The notes beneath the pieces were generated by a model. That model was not told where the DNA came from and ran no database searches. It saw nothing but the letters and a program-made list of their open reading frames with translations. Shown piece by piece: positions 47,680-57,020 of a stretch of DNA of 64,000 nt. How positions within the stretch are numbered: the first letter of the stretch is position 1; each line of letters starts with the position of its first letter. Where the stretch lies: contig JBBQUR010000003.1 in the NCBI GenBank assembly GCA_038212275.1, forward strand, positions 219,550 through 283,549. Reading direction: 5' to 3'. The position numbers were made by a program, and so were the translations under genes. The DNA is from Planctomycetota bacterium. GTDB lineage: Bacteria > Planctomycetota > B15-G4.

Positions 47680-50430
47680 ATGCCCCTCTCGCATCTGGTC
47701 CCACGGTTCTTCGCGCATCTCGCAGGAGTCCTCACGCTGTCCGTGCTGCCCTTGGCGCATGCGGGAGCCCAGGCCGGCGCGCTCGTCCCGCAGGCGGCGC
47801 TGCCCGGCGACGCGGCCAGCGTGCCCGCCGTCTCCGGCCAGAGCGATGTGTCCATCGCGCGCGGCGGCCCCGGCTACCTCGCGGTCTGGACGGACTACCG
47901 CACGTCGCTCTCGGGCAGCATCACCACGGACCAGCCGCTCCAGGGCAACCAGTCCGACATCTACGCCATGCGCCTCGGGCTCGACGGCCATCCGCTGGAT
48001 GCCGGGCCGATCGTGATCTGCAACCTCGGGCGCAACCAGAGCAAGCCGCGCGTCGCGTGGAACGGGCAGAACTGGCTGGTGGTCTTCATCAGCGAGCGGC
48101 CCGACTGGTACTTCTTCGACGACATCGTCGGCGTGCGCGTGGCGCCCGACGGCAGCGTGCTCGACGCGACGCCGATCTCCATCCGGCCGGAGCTGAACTC
48201 GCCCAGCAACTACTACGGCGTGAACCCGAGCGTCAGCAGTGACGGCGCCCAATGGATCGTGGTGTGGGAGGACTGGATCCCGGCCAACGGGCACTCGGCG
48301 GTGAAGGGCACGCGCGTCGGCAACGACGGCAGCGTGCTCGACCCGGGCTGGCCGGTGCTGTTCGACAACGGTTCGGGGCCCTTCGGTCCCATTGATCCGC
48401 AGGTCGTTCCGGTGAACGGAGCACTGCTGCTCGCGTGGCGCGAACCGGTGTTCAACCGCATCCGGGCGCGGCGCCTCGACAACGGTCTGTCTCCGCTCGG
48501 TGCGGACTTCCTCGTCGCCACGACGCCGACCCAGTTCCGGCCGAGCCTCGTCAGCGACGGCAGCCAGAGCTACCTGCTCGCGGACAGCAAGGTGTTCCGC
48601 ATCAGTGCCGCGGGGACCGTGCTCGATCCCGCAGGCATCAGCATTCCTGCCGCCGGTCTCTCGGTGCCGCAGGCGGCTACGGCCGCGTGGAACGGCGCCG
48701 CACTGGCCATCGTGCGGTCCGGCACGCCCGCGCCCGTCTTCGGCAGTGACAGTGACCTCTTCCTCGTGCGCATGGCGCCGAACGGCAGCCTGATCGATCC
48801 GGCGCCCGTCGCGATCACGAACCACCCGGACAACGAGTTCCTGCCGGCAGTGGCCGGCGAGGCTGGGCGCACGCAGATCGCGTACCTGGCGCTCGGCAAG
48901 AATCTCGAGCACCTGGAGGACATCCGCGGCGTGAGCGTCGACGCCACGCTCGCCGCCACGGCGCCTGTCGAGATCGGCGCTGGGCTCGCGCGCCAGGAGC
49001 ATGTGCGGGCGATCAGCGCGCCCTTCGGCAGCCTTCTGACCTTCACGAGCCGCTCGTCCGCGACATCGCGCGCGGTGGCGCAGAGGCTGGACGCGAGCGG
49101 CAACGCTCTCGACCAGGAGCCGGTCCAGATCGCGGCCACCGAAGGGACGAAGAACCTCTTCATCGGCTCCGCGTGCAACGGATCGATGTTCTGCTTCACC
49201 TGGGGCGATCAGCAGGGGCCGATCTTCGCGCGGCGCTACTCGCTGGACCTGCAGCCGCTGGATGCGGCGCCCGTCCAGGTCTTCGCGAACGGCGGTGCAC
49301 CCGGCGTCGGCGCGCTGCCCGATGGCGGCGATTTCCTGATCGCTTCCAACTACCTCGTGTCGAACGACCAGAGTTACATCCACGCCCGGCGCCTGCGCGC
49401 CGGCGATGGCGTGCTGCTCGACGCGGCCTTCGATGTCACCGGCAACTATGCGTTCGATCCGAAGATCGAGTCGCTCGGCGGTCGCTGGCTGCTCTGCTGG
49501 TCGAGCAAGCCCTCGCACGACAGCCCGGCGACGCTCATCCGCGCCCGCTTCGTCGAAGCGAACGGCACGCTGCCCACGCCGTCCTTCCTCGTCAGCACGA
49601 TCGCCTTCGGGATGGAGCATGATCTGGCGGTGAACGGCGATCGCGCGCTCATCGTGTGGCAGGACGACGGGCTGCCCACCGATGCGATCGAGGGTCGGCT
49701 GCTGCGCGCCGATGGCAGTTTCGTCGGACCCGACTTCATCATCGACGACGAGCTCGGCGACCAGGCCTTCCCGACGGTGACTGCATCCGGCGCCGGCTTC
49801 ATCACCGCGTGGGTGGACTTCCGCGCGGTGCCGCCGAACGAACAGTTGCGCGGCGACCTGTGGGCCGCGCGCGTCACGGCCGACGGCGCCGTGCTCGATC
49901 CGTCGGGCGTGCAGCTCACGTCGGGCCCGCTGCCGGAGGACCTGCCTGATGCCTCGAGTTCGGGCTTCAGCTTCCTGTTCTTCGATGCGCTTGGCGGCGG
50001 CGGCGCAGTCCCCGACGTCCCGCGCATCGCCTCGCTTCGTCTCGACGACGCCTTCCCGGGTGCATGGACCGATGTCGGCCCCGGCCTTGCCGGCACGAAC
50101 GGCGTGCCAGGTCTCTTCGGCAGCGGTGCGCTCCTGGCCGGCTCCAGCAACCAGGTCGTGCTGACGGGCGCGAAGGCCCTGGCCCCGGCGTTGCTCTTCG
50201 TGTCGTTCAGCAGCACGTCCGCGCCGTTCAAGGGCGGCTCTCTCGTCGCGTTCCCGCCTGAATTGCAGCTCGGTTTCGTGACGAACGCCGTCGGCGGGGT
50301 CGCCTTGCCCTTCACCTGGCCGTCGGGCGTGCCGGCCGGGACATCGCTTTACTTCCAGATGCTGGTACAGGACGTTGCGGCTCCGCAGGCCGTCGCGCTC
50401 AGCAACGCGCTGCACGCGCTCAGCCCGTGA
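47680..50430 (+). CDS. Large secreted beta-repeat protein with a distinct C-terminal domain
   Basis: Signal peptide; repeated (Y/W)LVVW and R(V/L)..DG.(V/L)LD..P motifs; terminal WTDVGPGLAG...YFQ...SNAL domain. Confidence 0.8.
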   Translation: MPLSHLVPRFFAHLAGVLTLSVLPLAHAGAQAGALVPQAALPGDAASVPAVSGQSDVSIARGGPGYLAVWTDYRTSLSGSITTDQPLQGNQSDIYAMRLGLDGHPLDAGPIVICNLGRNQSKPRVAWNGQNWLVVFISERPDWYFFDDIVGVRVAPDGSVLDATPISIRPELNSPSNYYGVNPSVSSDGAQWIVVWEDWIPANGHSAVKGTRVGNDGSVLDPGWPVLFDNGSGPFGPIDPQVVPVNGALLLAWREPVFNRIRARRLDNGLSPLGADFLVATTPTQFRPSLVSDGSQSYLLADSKVFRISAAGTVLDPAGISIPAAGLSVPQAATAAWNGAALAIVRSGTPAPVFGSDSDLFLVRMAPNGSLIDPAPVAITNHPDNEFLPAVAGEAGRTQIAYLALGKNLEHLEDIRGVSVDATLAATAPVEIGAGLARQEHVRAISAPFGSLLTFTSRSSATSRAVAQRLDASGNALDQEPVQIAATEGTKNLFIGSACNGSMFCFTWGDQQGPIFARRYSLDLQPLDAAPVQVFANGGAPGVGALPDGGDFLIASNYLVSNDQSYIHARRLRAGDGVLLDAAFDVTGNYAFDPKIESLGGRWLLCWSSKPSHDSPATLIRARFVEANGTLPTPSFLVSTIAFGMEHDLAVNGDRALIVWQDDGLPTDAIEGRLLRADGSFVGPDFIIDDELGDQAFPTVTASGAGFITAWVDFRAVPPNEQLRGDLWAARVTADGAVLDPSGVQLTSGPLPEDLPDASSSGFSFLFFDALGGGGAVPDVPRIASLRLDDAFPGAWTDVGPGLAGTNGVPGLFGSGALLAGSSNQVVLTGAKALAPALLFVSFSSTSAPFKGGSLVAFPPELQLGFVTNAVGGVALPFTWPSGVPAGTSLYFQMLVQDVAAPQAVALSNALHALSP

Positions 50431-50572
50431 GCACGGTGTCGTCCACCGGCGTCCACGATCTGGGCGTTGTTGATGTGCATGCACACCCGGCACGCGCACG
50501 CCGCGCGCATGTTCTGGCTGCGATGCGCCGCTTCCGCGCGGTGAACGCGAAGGCACGCGCCGTCGCGCCGCG

Positions 50573-50588
50573 CGGCACGCCGATTGCA
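50573..50588 (+). promoter_or_regulatory. Sigma54 -24/-12 promoter
   Basis: CGGCAC-GCCGA-TTGCA, 48 bp upstream of ATG 50637. Confidence 0.7.
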
Positions 50589-50636
50589 TGGAGTCTCCGC
50601 GGTGTCTTCCCTTCACTTTTGCTTCCGGAGAGTCCC

Positions 50637-51242
50637 ATGTCCATCATCAGCACTTTCATTCGCGGTTCGCTCGGCGTGAACCGCCTGCTCGTCGCCGCGC
50701 TCCTGGTCGGCGGTGCGTCCATGACCTCGGCCCAGACCGTCACCGTGCGCGGTGCGGTCGAGGACGTCGGCCCGACGTTCGTGATGAGCTGCACGCCGCT
50801 CACACTCGTCGGCGCCGGCGTGAACCTGAACGCCGTGCTCGGCCAGGAGGTCGAAGCCGTCGGCACGGTCATCGGCCCGAACCTGCTCTCGATCTCTTCG
50901 GTGACTCCCGTCACCGACGTGTTCGAGGCCAACAAGAACGCCAAGGTCGGCGGCACGCTCAAGCTGTCCGTCACCGGCCCGGCCGGGCGGCTGGAGCAGT
51001 TCTACTTCTCGTTGAACAGCGGATTCGCGACGGCGCACGCGATGGGCTGGTTCCTGGGCGCGGCGCCGCTGCACCTGCTCGCGCAGGGAACCATTCCGGC
51101 GACCGGCAAGCTGGAGATCTCGATCGCGATCCCGAATCTCCCGGTCCTTGCCAACCTTCCGATGTTCTTCCAGGACGTGCGCCTGCCTGCCGGCGGCGGC
51201 TTCGTCCTCGGCAACGCGGACTGCATCACGATCCAGTCCTGA
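50637..51242 (+). CDS. Secreted hypothetical protein
   Basis: GGAGAG SD; signal peptide ending TSA-Q; beta-rich; C-terminus IPN...MFFQ...LGNA. Confidence 0.75.
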   Translation: MSIISTFIRGSLGVNRLLVAALLVGGASMTSAQTVTVRGAVEDVGPTFVMSCTPLTLVGAGVNLNAVLGQEVEAVGTVIGPNLLSISSVTPVTDVFEANKNAKVGGTLKLSVTGPAGRLEQFYFSLNSGFATAHAMGWFLGAAPLHLLAQGTIPATGKLEISIAIPNLPVLANLPMFFQDVRLPAGGGFVLGNADCITIQS

Positions 51243-51251
51243 GTCTCGTGT

Positions 51252-51284
51252 CCGGGCCCGATCCGCAGTGCGGGTCGGGCCCGG
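51252..51284 (+). terminator. Strong GC hairpin after the secreted-protein gene (no U-tract)
   Basis: CCGGGCCCGATCCGC-AGT-GCGGGTCGGGCCCGG, 15-bp stem with one G-U pair. Confidence 0.5.
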
Positions 51285-51400
51285 CGCTCCTTGGGCCGGG
51301 AGGCGCCTGCCGTCTGTCGCCGGCATGACGCCATCGCGCCATCGCCGCGCCGCAGCGCGTGGCCCGGTCTTTCACGCCGCGTCCGCTAACATCTCGCCCC

Positions 51401-54400
51401 ATGGATTCGGGCACGCTTCCACGCATCTTCGGCGACTTCCGCTTCGAACGCGAGGCGGGCCGCGGAGCGATGGGAGTCGTCTACGAGGCCGAGCAGCTTT
51501 CCACCGGGCGTCGCTGCGCAGTCAAGCTGCTGAAGCATGGACTGGCCCCCGACGAGGAAGCGGTGGAGCGCTTCCGCCGCGAGGGGCAGGTCGCGGGTTC
51601 CATCGCGCATCCCTGCACCGTCTTCGTCTACGCCGCCGACGAAGTGGACGGCACGCCGTTCATCGCGATGGAGTGGATGCCCGGCGGCACGCTGAAGGAC
51701 CATGTCGAGAAGCACGGCCCGATGCCCGTGACGGCCGCGGTCGACTGCACGCTGCACGTGCTGGACGGCCTCGTCGCCGCATCCGAAGCGGGCGTCGTGC
51801 ACCGCGACATCAAGCCGAGCAACTGCTTTCTCGACAGCGATGGCTCCGTGAAGGTGGGCGACTTCGGCCTGGCCAAGTCGCTGCGCGCCGGCTTCGACCT
51901 GACGCTGACGGGCGAGTTCATCGGCACGCCGTACTTCGCGTCGCCCGAGCAGGTGCGCGGCCGCGACCTCGGCGCGCGCAGCGACCAGTACTCGCTGGCG
52001 GCCACGCTCTTCTACCTGCTCACCGCGCGGCCGATGTTTCCTGGCACGCATGCCGGCGACGTGCTGGGCGCGATCGTCTCCGACGAGCCGCCGAGCGTGC
52101 GCACCTTCCGCAAGGACGTGCCCGCGGGACTGGCGCGGGTCATCCGCAAGGCGCTGTCGAAGAATCCGGCGGACCGCTACGCGGACTTCGATGCCTTCCG
52201 TCGCGCCTTGAGGCCGTACGCGGTGCAGGTGCTGCCGGCCGCGTCGCGCGGTCCCCGTTTCGCGGCGTGGTTGCTCGACCTGGCGCTGCTCTCGGTGCTG
52301 GCCTTCGTGCTGGAGCAGGTCGGCGAGGCGCTCCTCGGCGAGACGCTGATGCCGGCGCTGCCGTTCCATGCCTCCGTGATGCTGCTCTGGTTCATGCTCT
52401 TCGAAGGCCTGATCGGCCGCACGCCCGGCAAGGCGCTGCTCGGGCTTGCCGTGGGGCGCAGGCCGCACGGACAAGGCTCCGATTCGCCGGTGCCTTCGCT
52501 GGGTGTGGCGGCGCAACGCTCCGCGCTCTTCCTGCTGTGCCTCTCCATCGGCGCCCTGATCCCGAGCATCGTGCACCGGGCCGACGGTGGCTTCGACTTC
52601 GCCTGGTCGTGGCGCGAGTGGGTGCAGACGGGCGGTTTCACGCCGCTGGGCTTCCTCGCCCTGGTGTCGACGATGCGGCGTCGCAACGGCTGGCGCGGAC
52701 CGCACGAGCTGCTCTCGCGCACCTTCGTGTATCACCGCGTGGCGCAGCAGGTGGCCGAGCGCCGCAAGGCCGTCGCGCTGCCGCCGCTGCCCTGCGTGCC
52801 CGACACCGAGCTGCCCGCGCAACTGGGTTCCTTCGGCATCCGTGGCGTGCTCGCGCGGCAGGTCGAGGGCAGCGGTACGCTGCTGCTCGGACACGATCCG
52901 TCGCTCGGACGCGCGGCGTGGATCGTGCTGCGGCCGGCGGACATCGCGCCGCTGTCGTCCACGCGCCGCGACCTGCGCCGTGCGCCGCGCCTGCGCTGGC
53001 TTGGCGGCGGCGTCGGGATCTCTGGGCGCTGGGATGCCTTCGAGGCGCCCGAGGGCGGGCCGCTGCCGGAGGTCGTCAAGCGCGGCGGCGCGCTGGCGTG
53101 GACGGAGGCGCGCATGCTGCTGCTGGCGCTCGCCGAGGAACTCCTGCGCGCGACGCGCGACGGCACGCTGCCCGCGCGACTCTCGCTGTCGCACGTGTGG
53201 ATCGCGCCCGGCGGCCGCGTGCGCCTGCTCGACGTCGCGCCGGAGCACCTGCCGGTCGAGCCCATCACGGCCGCATCGCGCGTGGATCTGTCGTCGCTGC
53301 TGTCTGCCGGCGGCGCCGACGCTTCGTCGGCGCCGGGCCTGCGCGCGCCGTCGCATGCGCTCGATCGCGCGCTGCTGCACTTTCTCGCCGGCGTGGGGGT
53401 CGCACTCGTCGCGCCCCCGCAGCGCCGGGAACGCGCGGGCGGTCTGCCCGAGCCGCGGCGCCTGCCGGTGCCGGCGCACGCGGCCGACGTGCTGCTGGCG
53501 CTGCGCGACGACTCCGCACTGTCGCTGGAGCGGGCCATCGAGTGGCTCGCGAAGCTCACGCGTCGCACGGCCAACGCGACGCGCGGCATGCGCGTGCTGG
53601 AAATGGCGCCCGACATGCTGATCTTCCTCGCGCTCCTGATGGGCGTGCTGTTCGCAGGCGCCGACCGTCCCAGCGAACTGGGGCTGGCGGTCGCGATCGT
53701 GAACGAGGCGCCGCATGTCGTGCGGCCCGACGGCGCCACGCGCGAAGCGGGCGACGCGGCCCTGACGCTGCTCGCGGACTCCACGCTGGCCGACCTGCGT
53801 CAGGCGGGCGTCCAGACGCGCGGCTCGATGTCCGGCATCCCGCTCGCCGCCTTCTTCGGCAACCCGGCATGGACCGACGACGAGGCGGAGCGGCACCTGT
53901 CGGAAGCGCGCGCCGCGCACCCGGCGCCGACGCCCGACGAGCTGAGCGCGGCCACCGAGACGATCCGGCGCATGCGCGGGCGCACGCATCACGTGCTGTT
54001 TGCCGGCCTGCTGGGCGCTGCGCTCATGGTGCTTGGCGCGCTGGGCGCGCTCTCCGGTTTCGTGTCGCGCGGTGACTTCGTGCTCAACCTCATCGGTGTC
54101 GATGTGCATACGCGCGACCATGGCCGCGCCGGACGGCTGCGCTGCGCCCTGCGTGGCGGCGCACTCTGGCTGCTGCTCGGCGTGGCGCTGCTGTCGCTGG
54201 TGGTCTGGCTCGCCTTGCTCTTCCCGCACGTGGAGGGTTCAGCGGGCAACTACTCGGTGACGGGCTTCGCCTCCGTGGGGCCCGCCGTGACGGCGGACGT
54301 CGTCATCGCGCTGTGCGGCCTGCTGCTGCTGGGCGTGTTCGCGCTGCCGCTGTGGAAGCCGCGCGTGTCCGTGCAGGACTGGATCGCGCGCACGCAACTG

Positions 54401-54412
54401 CTTCCGCGCTGA
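51401..54412 (+). CDS. Hanks-type Ser/Thr protein kinase with RDD-like membrane domain(s) and a degenerate second kinase-like domain
   Basis: GRGAMGVVY, AVK, HRDIKPSN, DFGLAK, GTPYFASPE, DQYSL; RFAAWLLD...GRTPGK..LGL...RGPHELLSRT. Confidence 0.9.
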   Translation: MDSGTLPRIFGDFRFEREAGRGAMGVVYEAEQLSTGRRCAVKLLKHGLAPDEEAVERFRREGQVAGSIAHPCTVFVYAADEVDGTPFIAMEWMPGGTLKDHVEKHGPMPVTAAVDCTLHVLDGLVAASEAGVVHRDIKPSNCFLDSDGSVKVGDFGLAKSLRAGFDLTLTGEFIGTPYFASPEQVRGRDLGARSDQYSLAATLFYLLTARPMFPGTHAGDVLGAIVSDEPPSVRTFRKDVPAGLARVIRKALSKNPADRYADFDAFRRALRPYAVQVLPAASRGPRFAAWLLDLALLSVLAFVLEQVGEALLGETLMPALPFHASVMLLWFMLFEGLIGRTPGKALLGLAVGRRPHGQGSDSPVPSLGVAAQRSALFLLCLSIGALIPSIVHRADGGFDFAWSWREWVQTGGFTPLGFLALVSTMRRRNGWRGPHELLSRTFVYHRVAQQVAERRKAVALPPLPCVPDTELPAQLGSFGIRGVLARQVEGSGTLLLGHDPSLGRAAWIVLRPADIAPLSSTRRDLRRAPRLRWLGGGVGISGRWDAFEAPEGGPLPEVVKRGGALAWTEARMLLLALAEELLRATRDGTLPARLSLSHVWIAPGGRVRLLDVAPEHLPVEPITAASRVDLSSLLSAGGADASSAPGLRAPSHALDRALLHFLAGVGVALVAPPQRRERAGGLPEPRRLPVPAHAADVLLALRDDSALSLERAIEWLAKLTRRTANATRGMRVLEMAPDMLIFLALLMGVLFAGADRPSELGLAVAIVNEAPHVVRPDGATREAGDAALTLLADSTLADLRQAGVQTRGSMSGIPLAAFFGNPAWTDDEAERHLSEARAAHPAPTPDELSAATETIRRMRGRTHHVLFAGLLGAALMVLGALGALSGFVSRGDFVLNLIGVDVHTRDHGRAGRLRCALRGGALWLLLGVALLSLVVWLALLFPHVEGSAGNYSVTGFASVGPAVTADVVIALCGLLLLGVFALPLWKPRVSVQDWIARTQLLPR

Positions 54413-54414
54413 TC

Positions 54415-54678
54415 CCCGGCGGCGCGGCGCCGCTCTCCGACCTCGATGCGCACGAGATGCTCGCCTCGATCCGAGGCCGCAAGGTGCTGCTCGGCGATCG
54501 CGGCGAGCCGCCCGTCGATCGCGAGGCGCCTGCACGCATGCTGCTGCGCATCGCGCGCCTGGCGGAACTGCTGCCGGAGGTCGCCGAGCTGGATGTCAAC
54601 CCCGTGCGAGCATGGCCCGAGGGCCGGGGAGTGGCCGTGCTCGATGCACGCGTCCTGCTGCGAAGGCAGTCGCCGTGA
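54415..54678 (+). pseudogene. Remnant C-terminus of an ADP-forming acyl-CoA synthetase ATP-grasp domain
   Basis: APLSDLDAHEMLASIRG..LL.G.RG.PPVD..., EVAELDVNPV, VAVLDARV; rest of the gene absent. Confidence 0.75.
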
Positions 54679-54711
54679 GGCCGTGTTCCCGATCGGTGGG
54701 CAGGTCGCCGA

Positions 54712-55318
54712 TCAATGGGTCGCCAGCTGGCCTCGCTCCGGAACCGTCGCCATCGCGGTGCCCGCCGGCAGGCGGTCGAGGTCGAGCTTCGGGAGTCTGG
54801 AAAGGCCTTCGCTGGTCATCGGGATGACGACGTCCCGTTCGTTGATGGTCAGGTGCTTGAAGGGAATCGCGTGGAGCGACGTGCCCATGCCGAGCACGCC
54901 GCCGGTCGAGACGATCACGTAGACGGCCTCGCCGGTACACAGATCGATCGCGAGGTCCTTCACGTCGCCGACACCGTGTCCGTCGCCGATGCGCTCCTCC
55001 TGTGTGCCGGTCGCCTCCTGCTTGTCGGTCGTGCCCGCCGCGTCGTGAAACTCGCAGCTCTTCAGCCAGGACGCATAGAGCTGACCGAGCGGCACGCCGA
55101 CCATGGCATCGTCGCGGCTGTTGACCTCGACCACGGCAACAACCTGACCGGACGAGCAGACGACCAGGTCCTTGATCGTCGCGATGTCGTGGCCCGCGGC
55201 GTCCTCGATGTGCGTGCCGATGCTGTCACTGGCGCGCGCCGGCGTCTTCCGTGCGTGGGCCGATGCTCGTGGCGAGCAGCAAGGCGCCGGAAGCATGAAG
55301 GGTGAGTTGCCTCTTCAT
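54712..55318 (-). pseudogene. PRC-barrel domain protein, apparently frameshifted or degraded
   Basis: RASDSIGTHIED..G.DIATIKDLVV and VGDVKDLAID..G...YVIVSTGGVLGMG..LHAIPF; the signal peptide MKRQLTLHASGALLLA (ATG 55318) is in another frame that stops at 55226. Confidence 0.65.
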
Positions 55319-55370
55319 GGTGGGAATCCGGGACCGGGAGAACCGGGATGCCGCGGGTGGCAGGGGTGGA

Positions 55371-55386
55371 CGCAACTGCTGTGCCG
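55371..55386 (-). promoter_or_regulatory. Sigma54 -24/-12 promoter for the PRC-barrel gene
   Basis: Minus strand CGGCAC-AGCAG-TTGCG. Confidence 0.65.
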
Positions 55387-55549
55387 GCGACGTCGATCTC
55401 CGTGCGCCCGCTCGCGAGGCACGTCCTGTGCTCGCCAGGCCCGGGTCACGACCGCGAACTGCAAAAACTACAAAGTGGAGGCTGCACGCATGGCTTCCTC
55501 GGTGGGCAGCGGGCAGGGCGTCGGGCTTCTCGACACCCTGCCTGCACCT

Positions 55550-55584
55550 GTGTGCACCGTTGCACGAATGTGCACCGTTGCACG
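55550..55584. repeat. 18-bp-period direct repeat of the near-palindrome GTGCACCGTTGCAC; candidate enhancer
   Basis: TGTGCACCGTTGCACG twice, between divergent sigma54 promoters. Confidence 0.7.
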
Positions 55585-55666
55585 GGGGTGAACGCGGCTC
55601 TGCGTGAGCGCTGCGGCTCGCGCCCGGCGCGAGGGAATGGCACGCGAAGGCGTGCAGACACTGCAT

Positions 55667-55682
55667 TGGCATGTCGGTTGCA
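55667..55682 (+). promoter_or_regulatory. Sigma54 -24/-12 promoter for the lipoprotein-DUF1328-DUF3185 genes
   Basis: TGGCAT-GTCGG-TTGCA. Confidence 0.75.
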
Positions 55683-55750
55683 CAACGCCTGGTCATTCAG
55701 CAGCTCCGCTGCTCTCAATGCCGATTCCCGAGTGCATGCAAAGGAAACCC

Positions 55751-56167
55751 ATGAAGACCACTCTCTGCCTGATCGCCCTCGGGGCGCTGATGTCCGGTTG
55801 CTCCTCCGAATCGCACGAGGGGGTCCGGAAGGATGTCCACGGAAACTACGCGACCATCGCACAGTTCAACGCCATGGAGCGCGACGACTTCACCGCCGCG
55901 ATGCAGGCGGGGATGCGCGAGTTCGATCAGCGGCTGGTGTCCCTGCAGGCGCAGGCCGAAGCACTCGGCCCTGATGCGATGGAGGAGTACGCCGACGATC
56001 TCGAGGATCTGACCGCCCAGCGACGTGCCTTCGAGGCGGAAGTCGAGAAGCACGACGCCATGCTCGGCGGCGAGTGGCGCGATCACCGCGAAGACGTTGC
56101 CGAGCAGTCCATCGAATTGCGTGAGAGCCTCGACGACGCCTTCGAAGACGTGGTCGACGAGAGCTGA
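55751..56167 (+). CDS. Acidic coiled-coil lipoprotein
   Basis: AAGGA SD; MKTT...LMSGC lipobox; heptad helical body. Confidence 0.75.
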   Translation: MKTTLCLIALGALMSGCSSESHEGVRKDVHGNYATIAQFNAMERDDFTAAMQAGMREFDQRLVSLQAQAEALGPDAMEEYADDLEDLTAQRRAFEAEVEKHDAMLGGEWRDHREDVAEQSIELRESLDDAFEDVVDES

Positions 56168-56206
56168 GCGAGACGCGTCCTGTCATTTCCATGTGGAGTC
56201 ACTGCC

Positions 56207-56374
56207 ATGCTTTCCTGGTCACTCACCTTCTTCGTCTTCGCCCTCGTGGCCGGCTTGCTCGGATTCACCGGTCTGGCCGGTGCGGCTGCCGGCATCGCGA
56301 AGCTTCTCTTCTTCGTGTTCCTCGTGATCTTCCTGATCTCGCTCCTCACGGGACGCAAGCGCCCCGTGGTCTGA
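56207..56374 (+). CDS. DUF1328 (YtjA/UPF0391) small membrane protein, 55 aa, absent from the ORF track
   Basis: [61 protein letters not shown]. Confidence 0.9.
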   Translation: MLSWSLTFFVFALVAGLLGFTGLAGAAAGIAKLLFFVFLVIFLISLLTGRKRPVV

Positions 56375-56543
56375 GAGTTCCGGAGGACCTGGCCGGCGCA
56401 AGACGACACGAGCCGCCGGCCGGGCGCGTTGCCGCAACGGCATGACGTCGGTCACGCATCGTGTCGGCCCCGTGAACTCCGCAGCGGGTTCGGAGCGGGG
56501 ACGTCCGGATCCCTTTCCCTTTCATCTCATTGGAGGCGCTGTC

Positions 56544-56753
56544 ATGCGCAGCTCATTGCTCTTTGGACTCATCCTGCTGGGCGCCGGTGTGGCGCTCATC
56601 GTGTGGGGTATCTCGGCTTCGGACTCCCTCTCGTCGGAGACCTCGAAGCTCTTCCAGGGTGCCCCCAGCAACAAGGCCATCATGCTCATGGTGGTGGGTG
56701 CCATCATCGGCGGATTCGGCCTCGTGAAGCTCGTGCGAAGCCCGGCCGCGTGA
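56544..56753 (+). CDS. DUF3185-like small membrane protein
   Basis: GGAGG SD; LIVWGISASDSLSSETSKLFQGAPSNKAIMLMVVG. Confidence 0.8.
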   Translation: MRSSLLFGLILLGAGVALIVWGISASDSLSSETSKLFQGAPSNKAIMLMVVGAIIGGFGLVKLVRSPAA

Positions 56754-56963
56754 AGCACGCGGGAGTCCCGCGTTCCTGCGGTCGGGCACGCAGGATGACC
56801 GCATGATGCCCGCATGATGAGCAGGTGTCGGCGCTGGCGCGTGCTGCGCTGCGAGCAGGCGCAGCGTCGCCAACCGGGCCGCCGGGCCGTGATGCGTCCC
56901 CAGCCTCTTTCGGACTGGGCGGCGCACCACGGCCGCGGCGGCTGGCAGGGTCGCACTCCTCAT

Positions 56964-57005
56964 CGGGGCGCAACGGGGCGCGACGGGGCGCGACGGGGCG
57001 CGACG
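56964..57005. repeat. 10-bp tandem repeat x4 (CGGGGCGCRA) just downstream of the SRPBCC gene
   Basis: Read directly. Confidence 0.85.
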
Positions 57006-57020
57006 CGCCGGCAACTCAGG

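Noticed and set aside
55639..55656. Additional TGGCAC as a sigma54 site
   Set aside because: No GC at the required -12 spacing
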